Of a DNA stretch of 64,000 nt, positions 39,270-51,200 are shown in pieces; position 1 is the stretch's first letter, and each line of letters begins with the position of its first letter. Under the pieces are notes generated by a model that did no database searches, was not told the DNA's origin, and was given only the letters and a program-made list of their open reading frames with translations. This stretch comes from Balanoglossus misakiensis. Its lineage: Eukaryota > Animalia > Hemichordata. The stretch spans positions 9,102,564-9,166,563 of the forward strand of contig CM082585.2 of the NCBI GenBank assembly GCA_040954595.2, given 5' to 3'. Position numbers and translations under genes: made by a program.

Positions 39270-42200
39270 TCAAAGTTCAATCTCGATGGAAGCGCGAAAC
39301 CCTTGACCTTGTACAGAGGCGTCGGATTGGAAGGTTATCCATAATTCACCCGTGGACGAGGTCACGACCGGGGGTGGCGTCCTCTCACCGCAAAACCTGC
39401 GATGGAAGAGAAGTCAGGGAATGAATAAGGTGGCGAGTCGACAATTTGAGAATTGCAGTTTGGTAAAAATACAAGTCGAACCTGTCTGTGGCCAGTCAAG
39501 GGACTTCAAGTGGCCACTATATATAGGCGCCCATTATACACTAACATAAGTTTGACTGTACATTCAGATTATAAATATTTTATTAGAACGAAATTTGTTC
39601 CACTTGCCTGCCGAGCGAATTGTCGTGTCCGTCGCTGATGTCCAGAAAATCGAAACGGCAGTTTTCCTGTCTCTCCAGGTCAAACACCTCAAACTTCAAC
39701 TTGATCGTCTTGCCGGTAATTTTCCACACACAGTCAACTTTGTTGGGATAATGATATGGAAATCCAGGAGATTCCAGGATTCCAGTAGTTCCTGATGCAA
39801 GGAATATAGGTTGGTTGTTAGAAAAATGAGAAGTTTCCTAAGATTTTTACAAATGTCGATTACATGTATGACAAAAAATAGAAAAACCTGATACATCAAA
39901 GTAAAATGAAACTTGTGAACCAAAGAAAAAAACTAAACTTACCGTTTAAGACTCCTCCACATTGCGAGTTCACGCTCTCTTTCTTGACTGCCCGATAGTA
40001 AATAGCGAAGACGCCCTCGTGCGGCCATTCCGAGTGGTAGCTTATCCATACCACCTGCGCGTGCGTGTTGTAATCTCCCGGCCAATCAGAGGGGTGACAC
40101 ACCCGGAAAGTTCGGCCCTCCGGACCATGACCTTGACGGAATCGGATGAAGTCTCGGCAGTTTTCGTTGTTTTGAGGCCAGTCCTCTATAGTAAGGCTAT
40201 ATGTTACATACGGAAATTAATAAGCGATACAGTACACCAATAATAAATTCCTGATGAAGGTAGACATGACTCTCGGCTGAGAATTGAACAGAAGGTCAGA
40301 TTACTTACGATATAGCGACGCTCATGTCATCATCAACAGAAATGCTCCACACGCAATCGGCGGTGTTGTTGGTCGGGTTTGAAATGGCGGGAGATTTAAT
40401 CACGCCCTCGTGATCGGTGAAATATTCGCGACAGTTTGGGATTTCTGTAAAATGAAATAAAACATTACTTTAAAAAAAAAAACAATTTTAGTGACACTCA
40501 AATTACACACATTTTCAGATGAGCTCGTAATCATCTTATACATACATACGCAAACACATACATACACACAGACAGACAGACAGACAGATGCGGAAACTGG
40601 CGTCTGGCTTCCAATTATATACATGTCTGTGTAAAATTGAGCTATTATAATATAATATATTTAATTTCTTTGAAGTTAAATAAAGCATCTTTAAATAGAC
40701 GTATTAAATATAACCTCGTTTCATTTCAGTTTTCTTATGGTGACATTGTTCTCAGGCGCGCCATGCTCTATTTGAACCTTAAAACAGGGTTACTGCATTA
40801 TTAGTGCATGCATGTTACATTTATTTATAACATTTGTAGGTGCGACTGTTTACATTTACTCATTGGAACTATGCATCTAGGCAGATGGAATATGAGCAGA
40901 GAAAAGAACGATTTCTAACAGTACATGAATGCAAACTACGCATCGAAAACCTATCGTCATACGCCGATGTTTTTTTGCATGTGTTATACGTTGTATATTT
41001 TAGTGAATTGACTTTGTGAGATCTGACATGCGCAGAGGCTTACTTTCGCAGGTCTTCTGGTCGTCACCTAACATGTAACCAGGGTAACAGGAGCACTGAT
41101 ACGCCCCCAACGTGTTAGAACAGCGATGGTCACAGCCATTGCGTTCGTCGACGTCGCACTCGTTCTCATCTACGAAAATAAACATTATTCATGGCATCAG
41201 CCTCGGTTCAAAATTGTCTGAACTACACATGCACGGTGTCCAAAAGCATTCCACGGCAAAATGCTATGCTTACGTCCGATATTTGTTAGCGGAGATTACA
41301 CGTGACACGACGCGCGCTCGGAAAAGTTCGAATTCACCGAACTATAGAACGGGACGATAAACGACAGTTTGTTTCGACGCTCACAACTCTCCCTCCGCCG
41401 AAGATGACACACATAAGGGATGCGAACGACTCCATGAGAAGCCTGGAGAATACCCAGAAACGAATGGAACAGCTGTGTGTGGATTTCCATCGGATGCAGG
41501 AGGATTTGCAGTCCAACGAAGACTTCATCATCCGCAAGACCGAGAGACTGCGAAACGTCGAGAAGGTCTTCTCCCGAATGACGTTCCAGATCGGGCAGAT
41601 GAAAGAGCGACTCGAGAAACTGCAGAGGGACTTAACGGCAGAAGAGGAAGAGGAGGAACGACAGAGAAAGCTACGTCCCTGGCTGAAATATTGAACATTT
41701 GAACATTTGTCAGTTTTATAGTTGATTTTTGTCCGGATTTGTTTGTTTTTTCCTTCGAATCGGCCTACTTCGGAAAATGGAACGCGGAGATGCGCTGGTT
41801 TCTTTCGCGGAGCTCGATGAACAGTTCAAGCAGCTGAAGAGGAGGTCTGACGCTCTGTCTTCAAAGTTGGAAGAATTGAATACCCGATTCCGGACGGCGT
41901 ACAGCGAAATAGAGGAGCAGATGGTCGACGCGCAACGCAAGTCGGAAGAAGTACACGAAAGCCTGAAGGCGCTGTCCGCGAGGCAGAGCGACCTCGCAGA
42001 TCGGATCTCCGCCGCCGAAACAAGCTGCCGCGACAACTCCGAGTACTACATGCGCAAACGGGTAGAAGTGGACATCCTGCATTCGGCCGCCTGTGGGAAC
42101 GACGACCGGATGCAGACAATATTCCTATACATTCGCGAATTTTTCAACATTTTGCTGGACGCCGTCAATGGAGACCGGAGCGATGACAACTCGCCCATCA

Positions 42201-45200
42201 AAAACGTTCGGTTGCTATGGCTGCGAGAAGACGACAACTCAGAACTGCGATGTCTGAGGTCAAAGGTCACACGAAAGCTTGGCTTCGACGAGGAGAGACT
42301 CGACCATTTAAAAGAGTTTCAAAACGTTTTTGAAAATCTTGGCCTCTCGGAAAAGTGCGAGAACAAAGAATTTACATTCAACGAAACAGAGGCTCTTGAT
42401 TTATTGAACGACCTGAAATCGACAGGCACGGAGACCTCCAGCGATGTCTACGAAACTTTCCGACTGGTCATCGCGTTTGTCTGTGTCCGAAAACGGCCAG
42501 AATTTTTAGCATCTCTCACCGAATGCCAACAAAGCGTTCTTACTGAAATGTTATTCGGCATCGAAGCTTTCAAAGCCGGAAATGACAAACGCGACAGCAA
42601 AAACTGCGAGGCCGATCACGTGATGCCACCTGACGGCGGGACTGCTTCAACAGACTCGGAATCGAAAGATACCATGGCAACAGATTCGGGCGAAGACATC
42701 ACAACAAATAAGGAAGAGGTGATATGGCCAGAGAATTGTTTAAAAGTTGTTACAGCAACACACGAGACGACCAAGATGTCGGAAAACATTTCACAAAACG
42801 ATGAATCTGTGTGAAGAGGTCACTGGAAAATAGATGATTTTCCGTTGATTGCGAGATCTCACGAGACTTGGTTAATTTTTATGAAACTAGAATAAAGGAA
42901 GACTTTAACAAAAATTGCAACGATGATCTTTGGGTTGTTTGTCCTGCGTCACATGAGAATGCCCCCCCCCCCCCGAGATAAACCGTCTAGCCACGCGAGA
43001 TCTCGCAGGGTCTCGTGGAGTTCGGAAAATAGTCTATTGCAGCGACACCGAGGAAGACTTCTTAAACACAACGTTACAACAGGAATCTCGAGTGAAACAC
43101 TAACAAGTGTACAATGTGCTTGAGAATGAAAAACACGTGCACCAGGTTATTGTGCCAAAAGACATACATGTACATTGCACAGACTTACCGATGCAATCTT
43201 TCTGGTTCTGCGCCAGGTAGAACCCGGTGGGACACTTGCAGACATACGCCCCCTGGAGATTTTCGCATGTGTGGGAGCAGTGTCCGTTATTTGTGTCACA
43301 TTCATTCACATCTGTAAAGAAAGACCGAAACGTTGCAAAACATGACTTGATCCAACAATAAATACATTTATATCAGAGAGGTTATACTTAATCATTTTTA
43401 GACCAAATGATGTAGCCCATCTATCTATCAGTTCAAATTGTGAATGAATGAATGCATAGTCTACCTGTGCAGTTTTTGTTGTTTTCTGCAACGCGGTATC
43501 CCCACCGACATCCGCAGGCGTAGGTACCGATGAGATTCAGACAGGCCTGTTCGCAACCCCCTTGGTTTACACTGCACTCGTCAATGTCTGTGAAGAGAGA
43601 GCAGTTGAGAGATTGGGTTATTTCTGTGTAATTAGAAGACATTGCCTTGCCTTGATGATGGTGGTGGTGGTGGTGGTGGTGGTGGCGGTGATGGTGGTGG
43701 TGGTGTAGTGTTGGTGGTTACCATTTTTCCCATAAGTAAGCATCCCTATATCAATGTCACCTTCGTTATTGGAATGGAAATTCTTTACAGTAAGAAGTGA
43801 TCTATTTACCTCTTGCAGTGTACGAAGCCGCAAACCTCATTCCCAGCTCGCCGATGGAATTCTCTGGTTTTGGCCCAGAGTGCAGTCGCAGTCTGAGGTG
43901 TGGACCGCTGGTGGCAACTCCCACATTGCTTTGCGGCTGACAAAGTTTGGTTATCAGCTGCGACGAGTCGCTGTCGCCGTCGATGATCATGAGGTAGTCA
44001 CGGCTACATCCTGAACCACCATCTGAAAACGACAGAACGCCGAGAAATTTTCAACAAAAATCTCTTTCCGCCAGGTATGACTGGTACGGTGACGTACCAC
44101 ACAGATCTCTGACCGACTATTTGTCCTATAAGGTCAACTTTCTGAACTGTAGCCCCCTCCCCAAGCCACTCTGTCTTCCTCCCCTCCTCTTCTTTAACCC
44201 ATCCTCCCCCAGGTGGTTTATCAAGCAAACGACGATACCCGCACACATCACCAGTCGAGGGGTGACTTACCCGCTATGTACAAGTCACGAATCGCCAAAG
44301 TGATAATAAACCCTTCAGGAACGTTGATCTGCCACACACAGTCCATGTCGGGCGGAAATGTTAGAGGATAGCCGAGGCTCTCTATTGATCCCGCCAAATC
44401 AGTAAGAACTTGTCTGCAGGCTAAAAACACAACCGAGTAAGAAACTTCAGTGAAGACTACATTATTCCTTTCAAGTATGACGAAGTGAATCGGTCGTGGT
44501 CAGAGTTGGAGGTGACGGAGGTGCGTAAATGTGAACATGAAGACCCATACAGTTTGATTGCATGTCCAAAATAAAAATGATAAAAAAACTTACTCCCGGA
44601 TTTGAAATCTATGAAGAAACCCGTTTTGTCGTGATATCTGCCGTCTCCGGTCTGAAATTTCACCCAGAGACTTTCTCCGTCCGCAATGACGAGCCTAGGG
44701 GGTATGTTGCCACAGTAACGACCTATTAGGGGTGACTGTTCACCCATGCCGTTGCGCAGTTCGACGTAATCTTTGCACACGCCATCCACTTTATCTGAGA
44801 AGTCAGCAGAATATAGGTATACAGTCAAACCTGTCTATAGTGGCCAGTCGGATTACTGGAAGAAACATTTTTTTTTCTTAGAATAATATATATATACTTA
44901 AGTAATTTACTTGTGCAACTCAGACGTGTCTGTGTGTAGGTTAACTTACCAGGCAGGTCGAAGTGCTGAAACTCTGCAATCATGGTGAAACTTTCTGGAA
45001 CCGAGATGACCCACTCACACGTGCTGTTTCCGGGATACTTGTAGGGATAATTCGGTGACATGATGTAGCCATCCGATCCAAATCGTGTACCGCCACACTC
45101 TGGGCGAACGAAAAGAAAACGAGAGTAAACATGTCAATGGGATTTATGCCAAAATGCTTACCGAGACCACATAACACATCGAGTATACAAAAAGGCACAA

Positions 45201-48200
45201 ATGCATGGATTTGATCGACCCAAACCATTGCCACCAAAGATTTAAATAATTTGTTCACAGTAAATATGACCTAATCAACAGAATGCAAAACACATCTCCG
45301 AAGATTGGATGGTATTTGGGGAAACCAAACGCAGAAACAGCGCCACCAATCGAAGAAAAGCATGCCTACCTGTTACTTTGTTGCACTGGTACAGTAGATT
45401 TGTTTGCATAATGTCAGACGCACTCAGACGTCGACGAGAACCTATTCTGGCATCTTTATCTTTCGGCTTCAGAGTCTGTAGACCATTCTCGCTGAAGTCG
45501 TGAGTGCCGTAGTGCATGATGGAATTGTAGTCGTAAGGCTGTCCCAACGAATCGACCTGACGATCAAGAGAGCGGGAAGAGATGAAATTCCCAGTATGAG
45601 CACATTTGAGCAGATTTTTGACCAAAAAAAATCCAGCAGTTCTCGCTCACTTCTTAATTTCCCTACGAATACGAAGGTCCTAAACCTACCTTTGTCTTAC
45701 TCATCTTGTTGAAATTGTACCGGCTGTGACTGGCCACGTTTTCCGTCAGGACCTCGACGAATTCGTCCCTGTCCGGGCGGCTTTGCTCGTGCCAGAAACC
45801 GACGGCGTGGCCGATTTCGTGCAGAACGATGCCGAGGGTTTGGCAGCCGGGCCCGATAGACAGGGGCTGTTTTCCGACCCCTAGTCGACCGACGTAGGAA
45901 CAGCAGCTGCAGAGAACGAGAAACGGTATCGAGTTACAACTCCTTCTTGTTAAATTATCGAAGGCTTTATACTTTCCATGTGCCGACGGCTCACTTTTGA
46001 ATTCCAATATGTTATTCCTACTTCAGTTGGAACTTTCGTCAAATTATAGTCTGCACAGTGTTTTAGATTTTCCAAATAGGAGCGCCGAATTCGCTGTTTT
46101 GATCCTTAGATTTCAACCTGGGGGCACGTGACGACAACCCAGCGTTTTTCCCTCAGCTTATACTGCAAACTGGTAGCTATTTTATACTGAGACCTTTTTA
46201 ATCATGAATTGTGTTGAACGAATTCAGTACCTGCTTCCGCGGAAAAAGTAGATGTAGTCCCTCTGGTCGGTCCGACGCACAAACTTCAGACACGTGTGTT
46301 CTTCCCATTGCGCAATGGCGGCCAGGATGGTATGACGCGTTCTGTCTGTCGGACAAAGAAATGACACGGTTATCACGAGACAGCCAGGGCCAGCAAGTTA
46401 TCTAAATGTGATGTCAGTTGAGTTGTTTATTGAATTCCTCTGACGCAGTTAAGTAGGTAAAGTACTCATTACAACATTAAATTGCTGTTCATTCTGTAAA
46501 CTCACTTGAAACGTCGCTTATTGTATACGGTATGACACCGCCCGGCCACAGACGAAGTTCCAGTGACGTGGCGGCCCGCCTGTGTCGTTGTGGGTCTGGC
46601 TGTTCGCTTTGCAGTCTGTACGTGTAGCCGAGAGAGTGACGCCTGAACTGACGTGACGATTCCGCCAAGAGTGCTTCAACGCCGTTCTGAGCAGCGGTTG
46701 CACGGTCCAGTATGATGTCATGTTCAAACACACCTGTAAAATGAAAAAAAAATTAACATAGTGTAATAAAAGTTCCACAGGCAGTATTTGAACTTTCGAG
46801 TAGTTTTTCAGTATAGTTTTTTTTTTATGACTTCGATGGCATCTTATATCTCTTATGGATTCAACTAATACCAAATATCCTATCCTGGCATTTTGAGAAT
46901 CAATAACGGATCCACACACACAAACACTCACACAGAGGCAGACAGACGGACGGGACACGATGTGAGAGTTCCCTTCCTGACTTAGCCCGCCGGGGCCAAA
47001 CAAAGCTGGCACTCAACCAAAACACTACCGCTTATAACCTTAACAAGCAATTTCTGAGACTGGGCATTCACTTGTGTCATTTTGACCTTCGCTGAACCAA
47101 AGCTGTGAAAATTCAGGCTGTCTCGTGCCTTCGTCTCGCGCCACTCGGCTGTGAGCCGATCATAGTGACACAAGCATTCTGCGTTTTTTTTGCGGGTATA
47201 CAATGTTCAAACACGGGGGTTACAACTGACAACAAAACAGAAGTCATGACCCCCCCCCCCTCTCCCCTCCACTCCACAGAACCTAGAAGTCTTAGAATAA
47301 CAACATTATAACTGTTGAATGTTACGTGTCAAAGGAAGAAAAAAAAACGTCTTGCATCACATCCGAGCCGGTCCTTGACCCCGGGGCTGACAGTTGCGTG
47401 TCAGATGTGATAACACAGTGGTCCACACTCGTCATTGACGTGGATCCAAAGTTTCCCTATTCATGCCAAAATACAGCAATATATCCTGCCGATAAACACA
47501 CAGTTTCGGTTCAACTTCTCGGGTCATCGCACTTCCCTATAACACCGACAAAACCCGTATATTTTGTTGCTTTAATGAGCTCACGGCGGGGATTGACACG
47601 GCGCGGGGTTTCATAGCTCAATATCCTTCATTCTTCGAACACACCCGACTTTACGTCATGTTGCATTAGTTTTCTTGTGAGATTTCTTGACGGATGGCGG
47701 CACAAAGGCATTTTACCGACAAATGTGCCAATTATACCGGGGAAGCGTGTAAATCCACAGATTCGCCATTCAACCGACAAACCAGCTGGTCTGTTAGTTA
47801 CTTTACAAAGAAATCCACTCCAGCCCATCCGTGTCTTGCATCTTTCACCAAAACCACGCTGACGATAAACTTTGCCGCCAATGAAACAATAATCAATTTC
47901 GCCCTTAATTCATCAACCGACAACTAGCCAACGGACGCATCGACAGAAGCAGTTTGAGACCTGACACGAAGTCAGTAGCTCGCCAAACTACACGGTGTAC
48001 TGCGTTCATTTTGCATCCCATTCACCCAAATGTTTATCATCAAAGAACTTGCGCAGCCGCAGACGGGACGACACTCGTCCTTTAAATTTCCTCCGCCAGT
48101 AGCTCTTAGCCACTGCCTTAGCCGGCTGATCTGCACACCATGTCTGGTTTGCTACTTGTCAACGTCTCATCAAAACTTTGTCACCGAACCATTTGACTTT

Positions 48201-51200
48201 GTTTAGTCAATTGGCCGGTTAATAAAGGGTAGCGGTCGGGATTTATTGCTGCTTCGGCGCGATATGGTTTTTCCCTCGACGCGATAAAGTGAACATTTGT
48301 GGGCGAATTACTCGACGGTTAGGAAATCAACAGCAAGTAATTAAAAGTGACGCAAGCGTTAACAGACCAGGGTCAAGTAGCAATGTCTGACACGGAGGCC
48401 ATATCAATTATAGCACGCCACTTGAGACGTGTGGTATAGATGGACCAGACCTCTTTAGAATCATGGTACGGAATCATTTTACAACCGACGCGCCGTCTGG
48501 TGCTGCTTTTTACTTTTTTTTCTAAATGCCTTCAGAAACTGTAAACCGTCTTAAACGCATCGGTAACTGACCACACGGTACTAGCAGTACATCTTAAAGA
48601 ATCGCTTTTGGTTTTGATTCTTTGTCAAGCGCAGCAAAGAAACTTTTTTAAAAAATCTGTGATTCTAGATCCGCACACGGTTGGACAGGGACGTGTCTAA
48701 GTTTGGCAACGTTTGTTTGTATTGACAACAACAATATAATATTTCTGCATGCGGGGCCACTCATACAGACAATACATTAAGGCCATTGTCATGTGCACAT
48801 GTGCGTCATTGCACAATTTGATTTCCTGTTACCTTGACGACACTCCAGCGCGAAACACAGAACCAACTGCTACACTTTTGCCACCTGTTTCGAGTGTAAT
48901 TTGGCGGCAGACCCCGCAGCAACCGGAAATATTTCGCACGCTCTACATAAACTGCAAAGTTCACGTTGACATTCCAATGTCGGCTGCGCATGGCTGCTTT
49001 TGACCTTCGTGGACTATAGATGGCCTCTGCTGGAGCACTATGTAGGGCGACCCGACACAATAGCAATTAGCGCCATTATCGATCGGTCACGCCTTACATA
49101 CAGAGGTAAATTGGCGGCACAGTGGTAACCTTGGATCCACCCTCTTCTAGGCTAACAGTGCATGAAACATCTTCAGAGAAACTAGAAAGATAGCAGAGAA
49201 TATGCGTCATTGTGTGATGCATGAACTGTTTCTCCCCCCCGTCTGTTAGTTATGACCGGTACCTTCGTTACTTTCCGAGGGTCGCCATTGTCTTCATCAT
49301 ACACATCGAAAAGTGGGTTCAGAAATATACACGCAGCGCGAGCGACACGCAAAGAATGCAAGAATCCACTTGCGAGTCCTTGGGTGTCCCCGGTAATCTC
49401 TCAGTACCCAATATATTTGACCTCAGAAAACTTCTGATTGTGCGGGGGGAGGGGGGGTCGCGACAGCCTCTTGAAAGCTCTCTGCGTTTTTCTCTAATTG
49501 GTCTGTACAATCTCTTTAAGAATCATACAAGGTTTAAAGCCATGGTTTTGAAATTACTGCCTTCTGAAGGTGAGCCCCAGCCTTCGACGGGAACGGAACA
49601 AATACAGCGACTTTACCACGACCTCGAAAGGATGCCTAACGAATCTAATTTGTACCAAGTTACAGCATCGGTGGCCATCCAGCCAGATGATTGACTAAGT
49701 TGTAATCGTTGTTAGGTCAAAGGTCGCGATCAAATCACTAATTTGACGGCGCAAAATTGCCGACACACTTGTTTTACTTCAATAAACAACGCGAGTAAAA
49801 TATTTTTGTTGCGAGTCCGGCTTTTTCGACCTCGACCGGGTGAACTCTGCGCCGTACCGACAGAAAGGGCCTTTCTGTTCTTTCCAGCCGCAACTATGCC
49901 AGCTATTTCACCACTTATGTTGGGGACCTTTTTTTTCTAATTTTACGCATTCTCGGCGGCTATTACCGTGGCCGTCTAAACTTAGCAGCGAGATGTATTA
50001 TTTTCACGTGGGTGTCATCCGATGATGACCAACCATAAGCAGACCTTCTAGCAAAACACCAACAGGAGCGACGACTTTCCAGTCCAGCTTTTTTTCCGGA
50101 CGTGAGATGACGTCATCACTTTGTGTACCCACATAATTATATAGGACGAACGACGTCAAGGCCGCGTCACGTGATGGATGGACCGGCCGACGGAAAGTGA
50201 TCAAACGCCACGAAATATTGTGACGTGACCGCGCGGTTTTATTGCGCCGTTGTAAAATGTATCAGGGCGTACACGTCAAAACAAACCATAACTCACCCAA
50301 GCACACATTGTTGTTTTCTTGTAACTGAATTTCTCGGTCGTTCCGGTCAAAATATCGACGCCCTTGAAGTCATAAAACACACTGACGAAAATTGATGTGT
50401 CCTTAAACACCCACATGCATGTATTACTTTTGTATGGTAAAAAGCGGCGCTTAAATCCGCTTCTCTTTTAGTAGGTGTACGCGATGGTCAAACACCCTTC
50501 AAGAAATATAGCATCAAGGACACCGCTCCCATTTAATCATATTTTCAGTCAAATTTGGGGGTTGGTTTCACACGAAGCAGTGCCGCGAGAACAGCCCTAT
50601 GGTAGCCAATCACAACCTTTCTTACATTTTTCAAAGGTATATCCTGGCCAATCATATACTTTCTTGCGTTTCCAAGGGTACGTGATAGGCTTTTCTCACA
50701 ACAGAGCACGACGAACCACAAATAGCTAACTTAACACCGGCGGCTGGCGTGTTCTAAAATCAGAAATCACTTGTAACATAATTTTTTACACTGTGTGTGG
50801 TCTCTCGGAGCGCGTGTGCCCCAAAGTCTTTTAGAAAATGTCCCTTTCACAGTTACAAAAAGTGGTGTCACTAGTTTTCGCTGTAAAAAGTCTTTTAAAG
50901 CGCCACTAACCAAGCCATCAGAGTATTTCCCTGTCTCATCTTTCTCCCCAAACGCAAAAAAGGCCGACAAGTGGTTCTTATCAGACAAAGCCTGACTTGG
51001 TGCGAGGAATTTACACTGTGGAGTTAGTCCTACTATACATGTACCTAGTGTAAATTCCTCTGCAGCGAGAATAACTCTTCATCACGGCGTCGACATGGGT
51101 TCACATAGCGCGGGGAATTCGTTTTCACAACGTGTGTGTGTGGTGACATGTAGTGCTGTGATTGTAAGTAAGGAGAAGCGAACTTTGCTGTCCGAATAGC

